Of a stretch of 64,000 bases of DNA, positions 28,977 to 38,646 are shown one piece after another. The stretch's first letter is position 1, and each line of letters opens with the position of its first letter. This DNA comes from Halocynthiibacter sp. (GTDB lineage Bacteria > Pseudomonadota > Alphaproteobacteria > Rhodobacterales > Rhodobacteraceae), in contig NZ_JBMYXF010000011.1 of NCBI RefSeq assembly GCF_049608145.1, positions 3,955 through 67,954 of the forward strand, in the 5' to 3' direction. A program made the position numbers and the translations under genes. The notes below the pieces were generated by a model that saw only the letters and a list, made by a program, of their open reading frames with translations, made no database searches and was not told the DNA's origin.

Positions 28977-30035
28977 ATGATGACCATTTTAGTGGATGGC
29001 GAACTCGTGCTTTACGGGTTCGTTGGTGAGAACTATTGGGGCGACGGCTTTACGGCTGGTGACGTCATCGATGCGCTGGCTGAACTGGGGCGGGATGCGG
29101 ATGTTACCGTCCGGATCAATTCTGGCGGTGGTTATACCGACGATGGGATCGCCATCTATAATTCGCTGTTAGCGCATAAAGGCAAGGTCTCCATTGTCAT
29201 TGATGCAATGGCTGCATCTTCGGCGTCCATCATTGCGATGGCCGGTGACAGCATTTCAATGCGGGCTGGGGCGATGATGATGATCCATGATCCGGCTGGC
29301 AGCACTTGGGGCAATGCAGAGAAGCACGAAAAGTCAGTTGAACAGTTGAACAAACTGGCTGGGCTGATGGCTGAAATCTATTCAGAGCAATCTGGTGAAG
29401 ACGTCGCATCGATCCGTGAAGATATGAAGGCGGAATTGTGGATGTCAGGTGAAGAAGCGGTTGAGCGGGGCTTTGCCACGGATGCTGTCGACGCGAAATC
29501 ATCAAAAGTGACGGCCTTTGATTTTCGTCAATACGCCCATGCCCCGCAGAAACTTGTCGCGATGGCCAAAAAGCAAAACTGGTCCCTCAAACCAAAAGCA
29601 CAAAAAGCGGCATCCGCGGCCAAAAACCAACCCAAACATAAGGAGAAATCCACTATGAAAGTAAAACCCGGAACAGGGGAACCAGCTACCGAGCAAACAA
29701 CGGCGGCAACGGTATCCTCTGACGATGTGAAGGCCCGGATTAAGGCCATCACGGGAGATGATGCAGCGCAGGGCTTTGATGGTCTTGCCAAGCATTTGGC
29801 CTTTGACACTGACATGCCGGCAGATGAAGCGATCATGGCTTTGAAAGCCGCCGCATTGGATGCGCCAGCAGCTGCAGGCGAAGAACCTGCCGATCCTAAG
29901 GGATATCAGGCGCGCCGCTCTGCTGCCGCTGATTTGGCACAGCCCGGTGGCGGTGCCCCGGCACCAAAGAAAGCCACCGCAACCATCGATATGGCAAGCA
30001 TTTACGGCGCTCGCGTCGCCAAGAAAGAGGTTTGA
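28977..30035 (+). CDS. ClpP-type head maturation protease with scaffold-like tail
   Basis: RINSGGG, MAASSASII, MMIHDP, ELWMSGEEAVERGFA. Confidence 0.92.
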   Translation: MMTILVDGELVLYGFVGENYWGDGFTAGDVIDALAELGRDADVTVRINSGGGYTDDGIAIYNSLLAHKGKVSIVIDAMAASSASIIAMAGDSISMRAGAMMMIHDPAGSTWGNAEKHEKSVEQLNKLAGLMAEIYSEQSGEDVASIREDMKAELWMSGEEAVERGFATDAVDAKSSKVTAFDFRQYAHAPQKLVAMAKKQNWSLKPKAQKAASAAKNQPKHKEKSTMKVKPGTGEPATEQTTAATVSSDDVKARIKAITGDDAAQGFDGLAKHLAFDTDMPADEAIMALKAAALDAPAAAGEEPADPKGYQARRSAAADLAQPGGGAPAPKKATATIDMASIYGARVAKKEV

Positions 30036-30037
30036 CA

Positions 30038-30421
30038 ATGTCGCATAAGGTATTGAAAACACGTGCCCTTGCGTTCCTTCTGTCGGAAGGTTCGGGCCAG
30101 ATTTCACGCAACAGTGTGACCATTCCCGCAGGAACCGGGAAAGTTGGCGCAGGTACGCCAATCGGCGAGTTGACTGCAACAGCGGGCCATTTTGTTCCTT
30201 CACCAAATGCTTTGGTGGCGGGGATTGAAGGTGCCGAAGTGGCCACCGCCATTCTCGGATATTCCGTGGATGCCACGGACGCCGATGTCGAGGTCGTAGC
30301 GATTGACCGTGACGCCGAAGTCAAATTGCCAATGCTGACGTTTGAAGCGTCAGTTGATGATCAAGCCAAAATTGACGCCAAGATTGCCCAGCTTAACGCT
30401 GTTGGCATCCGCGCGCGCTAA
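30038..30421 (+). CDS. Head decoration protein
   Basis: FLLSE..G.ISR, RDAEV, L..VGIRAR. Confidence 0.8.
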   Translation: MSHKVLKTRALAFLLSEGSGQISRNSVTIPAGTGKVGAGTPIGELTATAGHFVPSPNALVAGIEGAEVATAILGYSVDATDADVEVVAIDRDAEVKLPMLTFEASVDDQAKIDAKIAQLNAVGIRAR

Positions 30422-30433
30422 GGGAGAGTTCCT

Positions 30434-31426
30434 ATGGAAGAAGAATTCGACATTGTAACGCTGACGGCGTCTGTGAATAACCAACCCTTTGTGCCCGGTC
30501 AGATGGGCGCGCTTGGGATTTTTGATGAAGAAGGTGTGCCAACAACTTCCGTGAAGGTGGAAGAACTGGATGGCAAACTGGATATCATCGAGCCAACGGC
30601 GCGTGGTGGTCCTGGACAAACCATCGATGATGAAGATCGTAAAAGCCGCACATTTGAAGTTGACCACTTCGAGATCAATGACTCTGTGAATGCGGATGAG
30701 GTCCAAGGCGTTCGTATGTTTGGCACTGATGGTGACCTTGAGGTCATGGAAAACCGGATTGACGGTAAATTGAAACGCCATGCGCGTTCAATGGATGTCA
30801 CTTTGGAACACCAACGTGTTGGCGCTGCAAAAGGCATCATTTTGTCGGGCAAAGGCAAGATTTTGCACAACCTGTATGATGAATTTGGCATCGCTGTTCC
30901 TGCGCCCATCGTGCTGGGTTTGGGCAGCCAGGTGTCAGGGATTGCAAGCAAGATTAAAGGCGACGTGGTCTTTGCCATCGAAGATACCCTGGATGCGTCT
31001 TATGGCCATATTCACTCTATGTGTGGGCGTGACTTCCATGCGGCTCTTTGGGATCAGAAAGAGGTTCGCGAAACCTACCTTGCTGACAATGAAGGTCACC
31101 GGTTGCGCGATGGGGCCCCGGATATCTTCACCATCGGCCATGTCACCTTTGAGCGTTTTCGCACAGGTCGACGTGCCAAGGCTGCAAACGCAAATGGCGC
31201 ATTCATTGCCGATAATGAAGCACGGGCATTTCCCGTTGGTGTGCCTGATCTGTTTATCACGCGCTTTGCGCCGGGTGACTGGAATGGCTTGCCAAACACT
31301 GTGGGCCTGCCGCGTTATTCGCGTATGAAGGCAAAATACAACGACAAAGGTTATCATCTGGACAGTCAGATGAACGCGATTTCGCTTTGTACGCAGCCCG
31401 GCGTTTTGCGCAAACTGATAATCTAA
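30434..31426 (+). CDS. Major capsid protein, lambda E family
   Basis: LGIF.EEGV.TT, TLEHQRVGA.KG, NTVGLPRY, SQMNAISLCTQP. Confidence 0.92.
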   Translation: MEEEFDIVTLTASVNNQPFVPGQMGALGIFDEEGVPTTSVKVEELDGKLDIIEPTARGGPGQTIDDEDRKSRTFEVDHFEINDSVNADEVQGVRMFGTDGDLEVMENRIDGKLKRHARSMDVTLEHQRVGAAKGIILSGKGKILHNLYDEFGIAVPAPIVLGLGSQVSGIASKIKGDVVFAIEDTLDASYGHIHSMCGRDFHAALWDQKEVRETYLADNEGHRLRDGAPDIFTIGHVTFERFRTGRRAKAANANGAFIADNEARAFPVGVPDLFITRFAPGDWNGLPNTVGLPRYSRMKAKYNDKGYHLDSQMNAISLCTQPGVLRKLII

Positions 31427-31452
31427 ACAGATTTATTGAACTGACCAAACTC

Positions 31453-31481
31453 AGGCCCGGTGCAAATGCGCCGGGCTTTTG
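31453..31481 (+). terminator. Terminator after capsid gene
   Basis: GGCCCGGTGC-aaat-GCGCCGGGCT then TTT. Confidence 0.7.
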
Positions 31482-31535
31482 GTTGAATCCTCATGCGGGT
31501 TTCGCATTGGCATTCAACCGCAACAGGAGACAATC

Positions 31536-31916
31536 ATGGCAAATGTGAAAAAGAAATGGGTGGCTTTCAAAAGCGCTGCGATCATCCCGGCTGAGATGGC
31601 TGGCGAAGATGAGGATATGAAGGTTCAGATCGGTAAGCCAGTTCATGTTCCGGCTTTCTATGCTGACAGCGTCGTTCAAGATCGCATCGCGGATTATTGT
31701 GACGCGCCGAAAAAGAAAGCCGCCGCGAAGAAACCTGATGCGCCGACGGCTGATGAGATCGCAGCTGCAGAATTGGTTGATCTGATTGCCGCTGCACAAT
31801 TGACTGTGACAGAGGCTCAGACGTTGTTTGATGATGCTGAGGGCGTTGAGGCGATTGAAGCAGCGGAGCTTGAACTCACGGCGGCAAAAGATGCCTTGGC
31901 TGAACTGCAAGCCTGA
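31536..31916 (+). CDS. Phage protein (FI-like position)
   Basis: RBS AGGAGA; Ala/Glu-rich C-terminus. Confidence 0.65.
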   Translation: MANVKKKWVAFKSAAIIPAEMAGEDEDMKVQIGKPVHVPAFYADSVVQDRIADYCDAPKKKAAAKKPDAPTADEIAAAELVDLIAAAQLTVTEAQTLFDDAEGVEAIEAAELELTAAKDALAELQA

Positions 31917-32284
31917 TGGATAAATCCCTGCGTGATGAGTTGAGGGAGGAAGTGGATGATGTTTGGGCAGAACTGCTGGAACATCTTCCGCTTGCATCGG
32001 GTTTGACGGATCCTGATCGGCCAAAAGTGCAATTTGCCGCGGTTATTCGAACGGGTGATCGAGATCCGGAAAAGATGAACTTCGGGCGGGGAAGCAGTGC
32101 GAAGTCAGGGATCATGGCTGCGGGGGGATATCTGCGCGTTGATCGGGTGACCTATCCAGATTTGAAGTTACGCAAGGGTGACAAGCTTATTGCGTTAGAT
32201 CGTGAGGGTGAGCCTGTTTTTGAAATCCTATCAGTTGATGATCGTTCGCATCTTCGCCTGATCTGTGAACTGGGAGATGCTTGA
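31916..32284 (+). CDS. Putative head-tail connector
   Basis: Coupled ORF; size and position. Confidence 0.6.
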   Translation: MDKSLRDELREEVDDVWAELLEHLPLASGLTDPDRPKVQFAAVIRTGDRDPEKMNFGRGSSAKSGIMAAGGYLRVDRVTYPDLKLRKGDKLIALDREGEPVFEILSVDDRSHLRLICELGDA

Positions 32285-33057
32285 TGTCATTGGCTTTGAT
32301 GGCCCTGCGCATAGCAGCGGTTGAAGCGCTTAAAGCGGGTGGAACTTTGGTTGGTGACAACGTGTTGGACAGCCAGATTTCTGCTATTGATCTGACGGCT
32401 GATGGTGCGTTGCGTTCTGATCAGGAACGTCCGTTTATCGCGGTGTATTCCGATGCGGCGAAAGCCGTTGATCTGGGCAGTACTGGGTTGCGTGCAAACG
32501 GTCGGGTTGAGTTGATTTTCAACTGCGGTGTGTCCCTGACAATGGGCGAAACGAACAAAGCAACCGGTGAAACTGAAATCATTCAGGGCATTCCTGCGAC
32601 AGATGCCCAATTTGAGGCCGTCCTTGATGTGGTTGGGTGCCAAATTTGTCGAACTTTGACGGATTCGGATAATCCCTGGGCGCAGGTCTTTGGTGGCCTT
32701 TGCATGTTGATTTCTAAAGACGTGGTGCGCTCAAGCAATGCGTCTCAGAATGTACGCCTTGCTTGTGGCCAGGTGAAACTGACGGTTGAAGCCTATGCCG
32801 ATCCACCTTTGGGGCAGGTGTTTGCAGCGGACAGTTCTTGGCAGCGTCTTATGGATCTGATGGCTGCGCAGAATATGAAGCAGTTGGACCTTTTCCAATT
32901 GCTCTTGGGTCAACCAAATGGGGCGCAAGGTCCGAATTATGAAGCTTTAACAGGCATGACGACACGGGATGCTCAGTCGCTGACGTTATATCCGCATGCG
33001 GGTGTCACGGCAGGCACGCCAATTGCGCCGCCCACACTCGTGGTGGACCGAAGCTGA
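32284..33057 (+). CDS. Putative tail completion protein
   Basis: VLDS, PFIAVYSD; position before baseplate genes. Confidence 0.6.
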   Translation: MSLALMALRIAAVEALKAGGTLVGDNVLDSQISAIDLTADGALRSDQERPFIAVYSDAAKAVDLGSTGLRANGRVELIFNCGVSLTMGETNKATGETEIIQGIPATDAQFEAVLDVVGCQICRTLTDSDNPWAQVFGGLCMLISKDVVRSSNASQNVRLACGQVKLTVEAYADPPLGQVFAADSSWQRLMDLMAAQNMKQLDLFQLLLGQPNGAQGPNYEALTGMTTRDAQSLTLYPHAGVTAGTPIAPPTLVVDRS

Positions 33058-33527
33058 TGGGGGTGGCGGAAACCATTGATGACCTACGGCGGCGAATATC
33101 GGACCTAGAGCGCCGCATCGGATCTCAAAGCCGAACCGGGGTGATCGCTGATGTTGATGCGGAAAATGGGTTGGCTCGCGTGCGGTTAACCGATGGCGCG
33201 GAACCCATGCTTACGGGCTGGATACCATGGGTTGAAGCATCGGCAGGGGCGAATAAAACGCATAACCCGCCGTCAACTGGGCAACAGGTAGAGATCACAT
33301 CTGAAAGTGGTGATCTTCATGATGCAAGCATTCAGGGGAGTTTGAACTCTGATGCGAATGGCCGTCCGTCCAGTGCGGGAGATGAGTTCGTTTTGCTTTC
33401 GGTGGGGGCGGCTAAAATTTCAGTGACTGCTGGTGGTGACACACTGTCGATAAGTGTTGGTGCGAGTAGCCTCGTGATGACGGCTGCATCTGTAACGGTG
33501 TCTTCACCGCGCGTGGATCTGAACTGA
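33057..33527 (+). CDS. Baseplate spike gpV
   Basis: RTGVIADVD..GLARV..TGWIPW..AG...NPPSTGQQV. Confidence 0.88.
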   Translation: MGVAETIDDLRRRISDLERRIGSQSRTGVIADVDAENGLARVRLTDGAEPMLTGWIPWVEASAGANKTHNPPSTGQQVEITSESGDLHDASIQGSLNSDANGRPSSAGDEFVLLSVGAAKISVTAGGDTLSISVGASSLVMTAASVTVSSPRVDLN

Positions 33528-33820
33528 TGCCCGCTGTTACGCGCATGGGCGACAGTTGCACAGGCCATGGCTGTTGGCCGCCTCGTGCAAGCGTTTCAGG
33601 CAGTCCAAACGTCTATGTCAATTCGATCCCTGTGCATCGCGAAGGCGATGGTTGGGGGGCGCATACCTGTCCTGCAATTCCAGAAACGCATGCTGGCGTG
33701 TTGGGGGCAGGTTCAGGAACTGTCTACGTGAATGGCAAACAAATTGGTCGAATTGGTGACCCGGTGAGCTGTGGGTCATCTGTGGCCAGCGCCTCCAGCG
33801 ATGTGTTCGCGGGGGGCTAA
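33527..33820 (+). CDS. PAAR-domain spike tip
   Basis: MPAVTRMGD..TGH, GSPNVYVN, RIGDPVSCG. Confidence 0.9.
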   Translation: MPAVTRMGDSCTGHGCWPPRASVSGSPNVYVNSIPVHREGDGWGAHTCPAIPETHAGVLGAGSGTVYVNGKQIGRIGDPVSCGSSVASASSDVFAGG

Positions 33821-33840
33821 TAATCTGAAAGGGAAATACC

Positions 33841-34083
33841 ATGACTGCAAAAGTGAAAAGCTATGAAGTGACTGAAACACGTTTTATCGAGGGGCAACAC
33901 CGCAAGGTTGGTGATCCTGTTCAGATGACTGAGCGCGCCGCAAAATATTATCTGGCCCCCTACGGCACGGGTTTGAAAATTCCCGGGCCGCGCAAAGAGA
34001 AAGTTGGCGGGTTGGATGATCCGATGGTCAAAAAACCGACCGAACACGCGACGGGAAAAGCCGTGGGAAAGCCAGGTAAGTAA
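33841..34083 (+). CDS. Small phage tail-region protein
   Basis: MTERAAKYYLAPYG; RBS. Confidence 0.6.
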   Translation: MTAKVKSYEVTETRFIEGQHRKVGDPVQMTERAAKYYLAPYGTGLKIPGPRKEKVGGLDDPMVKKPTEHATGKAVGKPGK

Positions 34084-34472
34084 TGGACCTTAATCACCAT
34101 ACGGGGGCTGTGATCGATGGTTGGGCGCATGTTGCCCAAAGCATTGAAACCATTCTGGTAACGCGCCTGAATACGCGCGTTTTTATGCGCCAGTTCGGGT
34201 CTGATGTTCCCAATATGGTGGATATGCCCATGAATGATGCCAACATCATCGCGCTTTACGTTTCTGTTGCAGAAGCGATTGACCGGTGGGAGCCGCGCTT
34301 TGAGTTAACAGACGTTGCGCTTTCAGCGGGTGCTGACGGCATTATGAGCCTGCAACTAACCGGTAGTTATCTGCCGAATGCCCATCTTGGCGACAGCACT
34401 GTTGTAAGTGGTGAAACACAGATTATTCGAGTGCAAGGCACTCGGGTGGATAATTGGAGCCTTGCCGCATGA
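34083..34472 (+). CDS. Baseplate wedge gpW/gp25
   Basis: HVAQSI..IL.T...TRV.MRQFGS, RWEPR. Confidence 0.9.
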   Translation: MDLNHHTGAVIDGWAHVAQSIETILVTRLNTRVFMRQFGSDVPNMVDMPMNDANIIALYVSVAEAIDRWEPRFELTDVALSAGADGIMSLQLTGSYLPNAHLGDSTVVSGETQIIRVQGTRVDNWSLAA

Positions 34473-35425
34473 GCCGTTTTTCAGCCCTCGATCTTTCAAC
34501 TTTGCCGGATGTATCATCAATCACATCGCTTGATTTTGATGCGATCTTGGAAGCACGTCTGGTCGAGTTAGAAGCGCAACTTTCGCAGGTCTTTGATGCC
34601 CCCAAAGTTGCTGATGTGATGGGGCTGGCGCGTAACATTGCAGCCAGTCCAATGCGATATCTGAATGAAGCAGCGGCGGCGCGCGAACTATACCTGTCAA
34701 ATCAGATCAACGCGGCCATAAAATCAGTGTTTCTTTCAACGGCCCGTGGCACAGATCTTGATCAAATTGGTGCAAACCGGGGTGTTTTGCGCAAAGTAAT
34801 AGATGACACTGACCCCGATAACATCATCATGGAACGGGATGAAACGTTTAGGGCGCGGATCCAATTGGTCGTTGAATCATATTCACCACACGGCACAGAG
34901 GGATCCTATGTTTATTGGGCATTGGATGCGGATGATCGTGTTTCTGATGTCGCAGTCTATGGTCCGGATCATAATTTAATCCCTGCAATACCGCCTGCAG
35001 AACCCAAAATGGTTGTCCTATCGTCGGTCGGGAATGGCACTGCGGATGCGGGGCTTTTACAGGCTGTATTTGACAATTGTACTGTTGATAAGCGCCGCCC
35101 GGTTGCTGACAAATTGACCGTGATTTCGGCCACTCCTGTGTCATATGAAATCGAGGCCGTTTTATATGTTTCATCATCGGCTTCGATGGACGCGGTTTTG
35201 TTGCAAGCCGAAGCTTCAGCCAATGCTTTCGTTGATAATCGCCAGCGCATTGGGCGAAAACTATATCGGACATCCCTGGCGGCAGCTCTCAGTGTGGATG
35301 GTGTCAAAGATGTGGTGATTACAAAGCCAGTGATGGATATCGATATTGGTCCTTTTGAGGCGCCATATCTGACATCGATGTCGGTCATCGCGCAAGCAGC
35401 CCCTGGGGGATGGCGTGATGTTTGA
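34469..35425 (+). CDS. Baseplate J/gp47
   Basis: LDFDAIL, ARGTDLDQIG, G..GSY.YWAL, RPVAD. Confidence 0.9.
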   Translation: MSRFSALDLSTLPDVSSITSLDFDAILEARLVELEAQLSQVFDAPKVADVMGLARNIAASPMRYLNEAAAARELYLSNQINAAIKSVFLSTARGTDLDQIGANRGVLRKVIDDTDPDNIIMERDETFRARIQLVVESYSPHGTEGSYVYWALDADDRVSDVAVYGPDHNLIPAIPPAEPKMVVLSSVGNGTADAGLLQAVFDNCTVDKRRPVADKLTVISATPVSYEIEAVLYVSSSASMDAVLLQAEASANAFVDNRQRIGRKLYRTSLAAALSVDGVKDVVITKPVMDIDIGPFEAPYLTSMSVIAQAAPGGWRDV

Positions 35426-36068
35426 TCGGTCGCAATCCTTACTGCCAAAGACGGCCACGGATATCGCGAAGGCATTGGATATCTTGGAAGAACGCTTGTT
35501 TGAGCTGCCTGTTGCCTCGATCTCAAAGGATCCAAGGAAGGTCTCTGAGGCGCTTCTTGAGCACTTGGCTTGGGAAAACTCAGTTGATGCTTGGGGGGCT
35601 GACTGGCCGCTTGAGGTGCGCCAGAATGTTGTTCAAGCATCTTCGGAAGTGCATCGCTTTAAGGGAACACCTTATGCGATCAAGCTTTCCTTGGCCGCAG
35701 TCGGGGTCACCGCAGAAATCGTTGAATGGTGGCAACCGGCTGGTTCTGGTGTGCGTGGCACGTTTTTGGTGCGTGCAATTTTGGACGCACCTTTATCGCC
35801 TTGGCAGTTGGATTTTATCACCGGGGGGCTGGCGGTCTCCAATGTTCATGCGGTCATTCGAGGCAATGCTCCGGTTTCGCGCGGCTGGACTATCAATGCC
35901 GTTGTCAGTGCAGAAAGCCCGGTGTTTATAGGCGCTTTCCCCTCAACACATATTTTTGCGGATGCCAGTCCGCTTATTCCAGCAGCTCCTGCGCTTTCTG
36001 CGGGGCGTTACGTCGTTGTTCATCCATCCACTCAAATACACGCCGATACTGGTGTGTCAGTTCTTTAA
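35418..36068 (+). CDS. P2 gpI-like tail protein
   Basis: LL.HLAWE.SVD.W, HRFKGT, EWWQ. Confidence 0.9.
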   Translation: MFDRSQSLLPKTATDIAKALDILEERLFELPVASISKDPRKVSEALLEHLAWENSVDAWGADWPLEVRQNVVQASSEVHRFKGTPYAIKLSLAAVGVTAEIVEWWQPAGSGVRGTFLVRAILDAPLSPWQLDFITGGLAVSNVHAVIRGNAPVSRGWTINAVVSAESPVFIGAFPSTHIFADASPLIPAAPALSAGRYVVVHPSTQIHADTGVSVL

Positions 36069-36077
36069 GAGGCAAAA

Positions 36078-37955
36078 ATGAGTTATGCAATTTTGACCGA
36101 TATCGGTCGCAATAAAGAAGCCCTGGCGCTGGCAGGCGGCGCGGCTTTGAATATCACAGATATCGCATGGGGGGATGGGGATCGTTTTCCTGCAGGGCCT
36201 GAGTTGACGCTCTTGAGTGAGCAGGGGCGTAAGCCAGTGCAACTTCAAGGCCAGTCTCCCAACAGCCCCAATATCGCGTTCTTTGAAATTCTGCTGGCTG
36301 AACCCGAAGGGCCGTATACAATCCGCGAGGCCGGTCTGTTTGATGCAGATGGTGATATGATCGCTATCGCGCGTTATGATCCTGCTGTGCCAAAGGCTGT
36401 GAATACAAATGCAGTGACTTTGCGTCTAAGTGTTTTGTTTTCGGACCTTCAAAATATCGTTTTGACCGTGAGCTCAAGTTCACTTCTTGTACCTGCATCG
36501 CGTGTGGTTACGGCAGGAGCTGGCTTAACGGGTGGCGGTGATCTTGTTTCTGATATCACACTGGCTGCTGACATTGCGACGCAGGCCCAAGCGCAAGCCG
36601 GAGCCAGCAACACGAAACTTATGACCCCTCTGCGGTCTAAGAATTTGTTTGATACACTTATTGCACAGCAACCCGCCCAAGTGGTTGTGGCGACGCAAGC
36701 CGAGGCGCTTGCGGGGACCAACAACACCAAGATGATGACGCCATTGCGGTCTAAAAGCCTGATTGATACCGTGGTCGCCGCTGTCATTGATAGTGCACCG
36801 GGGGCGTTGGATACTTTGAATGAATTGGCGGCGGCGCTGGGGGATGATCCGAACTTTGCCGCAACCATCACCGGGCAGATCGCAGCGCTTTCCACCCAAG
36901 TGAATGCTGCGGGCGTGCCAATTGGTCAGATCGCGGGGTTCCATGCTGATACAGCCCCACCGGGTTGGCTGATCTGTGATGGCGCGGCTGTAACAACCGC
37001 ATATCCCGAATTGCGCACCCATCTTTTGGCGCAAGCTGGTGTTGTGACCGATGTCAGTGGTGATCCGCTTTTGCCGGATTATCGCGGTGAATTCATGCGG
37101 GGTTTAGATACTGGGCGTGGCGTGGATGTGGGGCGTGTGCTGGGATCAGCACAGGCGGATGAATTTAAAGCGCACAGTCACACTTTGGATGGTGAATGGA
37201 CCGACCAAAGTGGGAGTAATGGTGTCGTTCATACGGGGCAGTCAAGGTCCGACGGTAGCGTCACAAATAACACTGGCGGATCAGAAACCCGCCCGCGCAA
37301 CATCGCGGCCCTTATCTGCATGAAAGCCGCCGATCAGCCCTTGAGTTCTGGCACAGGCGGCACCGGGGGCGCTTCGCCCGTTATCGCCACTTTGCTTGAG
37401 GCGCAGGCTGGAACCAATAACACCAAGATGATGACCCCTTTGCGGGTTGCTCAGTATCTTGCGGCCAACCCATCGGGAACAGGGGGATCGACTGGATCAA
37501 CCCAGATGATGCATGTGCGTGACGAAAAACCATCGGGCACCAACGGTGGCAATGCGATCGCGCAGGTGAACACTATCCGAGACCTGAACACGGTGGTGGC
37601 AAACAACATTCCCGGCGCATCTCTTTTGGCGAACACGATCACATTGCCAGAGGGCACCTATGACATTCGCGCCCGTGCGCCCGCAACGCGGGTGTTTGGT
37701 CATAAAGCTCATTTGTTCAACGCCACCGATAATGTTGTCGCGTTGGAGGGATCCAATGCATTTTCAGTCGATGCGGCGGCAAATTTAAATTTCCAAACGG
37801 ACAGTATCGTTGAGGGCCGCCTGGTTGTGCCATCGGGTGGCCGTGATTTTACGTTGCGCCACTACACGCGAAATACCTCCGCAAACAGTTTCGGCCTGAC
37901 AGTCCCCGGTTCGGGCATTGAAGTCTATTCAAGTGTTTCAATATGGAAGGTGTGA
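36078..37955 (+). CDS. Tail fibre protein with tail-collar domain
   Basis: gpH-like N-terminus (IREAGLFDADG), LDTLNELAAALGDDPNFA, PPGWLICDG, PDYRGEFMRG, ETRPRNIA. Confidence 0.92.
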   Translation: MSYAILTDIGRNKEALALAGGAALNITDIAWGDGDRFPAGPELTLLSEQGRKPVQLQGQSPNSPNIAFFEILLAEPEGPYTIREAGLFDADGDMIAIARYDPAVPKAVNTNAVTLRLSVLFSDLQNIVLTVSSSSLLVPASRVVTAGAGLTGGGDLVSDITLAADIATQAQAQAGASNTKLMTPLRSKNLFDTLIAQQPAQVVVATQAEALAGTNNTKMMTPLRSKSLIDTVVAAVIDSAPGALDTLNELAAALGDDPNFAATITGQIAALSTQVNAAGVPIGQIAGFHADTAPPGWLICDGAAVTTAYPELRTHLLAQAGVVTDVSGDPLLPDYRGEFMRGLDTGRGVDVGRVLGSAQADEFKAHSHTLDGEWTDQSGSNGVVHTGQSRSDGSVTNNTGGSETRPRNIAALICMKAADQPLSSGTGGTGGASPVIATLLEAQAGTNNTKMMTPLRVAQYLAANPSGTGGSTGSTQMMHVRDEKPSGTNGGNAIAQVNTIRDLNTVVANNIPGASLLANTITLPEGTYDIRARAPATRVFGHKAHLFNATDNVVALEGSNAFSVDAAANLNFQTDSIVEGRLVVPSGGRDFTLRHYTRNTSANSFGLTVPGSGIEVYSSVSIWKV

Positions 37956-37957
37956 AC

Positions 37958-38503
37958 ATGAACGTCTCAAAGCTTGAGAACGGCACTGTGGTGCAAACAT
38001 GGCGCGACGTGGAAACGACAGATGAGTTTCGCGTCAAATACGGCCTCTATGGCGCTGAATATAGCGCAACGCCTGAGGGTGTTGGGCCGGGTCATGTTGT
38101 GAATGATAAGGGGGAATATTCGATCCCAGCCGTTAAAGTGACCCCTGAGCAGATTACAGAAGAACGCAATCGGCGCATCACGGCAGGTTTTAAGTTTGAG
38201 GGCCATATCTTCCAGGCTGACCCTGAAAGCCTTGCCAATATCACAGGTGCTGCGACCGCTGCCATCGGGGCATTGGTGGCGGGGCAGTCAGGTGAAGACG
38301 TGAATTGGATCGATCCCAAAGCGCCTTTCGTTTGGCTGGCCTCTGACAATACGCAAGTGCCTATGTCGCCACTGACAGTTGTGGCATTTGGCAACGCAGC
38401 AATGGCCCATAAATCACGTCACATTCACGCGGCACGGGTGCTGAAAGACATGTCCCCAATTCCGCAGAGCTTCGCGGATGATAAATATTGGGGCGGTGCA
38501 TAA
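37958..38503 (+). CDS. DUF4376-like tail fibre assembly protein
   Basis: ERNRRITAGF.FEG..FQAD..S..NI, W.ASDN..VPM. Confidence 0.75.
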   Translation: MNVSKLENGTVVQTWRDVETTDEFRVKYGLYGAEYSATPEGVGPGHVVNDKGEYSIPAVKVTPEQITEERNRRITAGFKFEGHIFQADPESLANITGAATAAIGALVAGQSGEDVNWIDPKAPFVWLASDNTQVPMSPLTVVAFGNAAMAHKSRHIHAARVLKDMSPIPQSFADDKYWGGA

Positions 38504-38646
38504 GGCGCATGTTTTCAACGGGTGAACAGCGCAGTTGACTTGATCACGCGGCCATTCACCGAACCACTTTAATTCACTCATATGGCGGCTTCGCAATATC
38601 TCCCCGGCCAGCGTGCCGGGTTTTCTTATGTCCAAAGGAGAGACCA

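Noticed and set aside
36078-38640. Diversity-generating retroelement or invertible tail-fibre cassette
   Set aside because: No reverse transcriptase or invertase ORF in the window, and no adenine-specific TR/VR pair noticed; the repeats are short in-frame protein repeats
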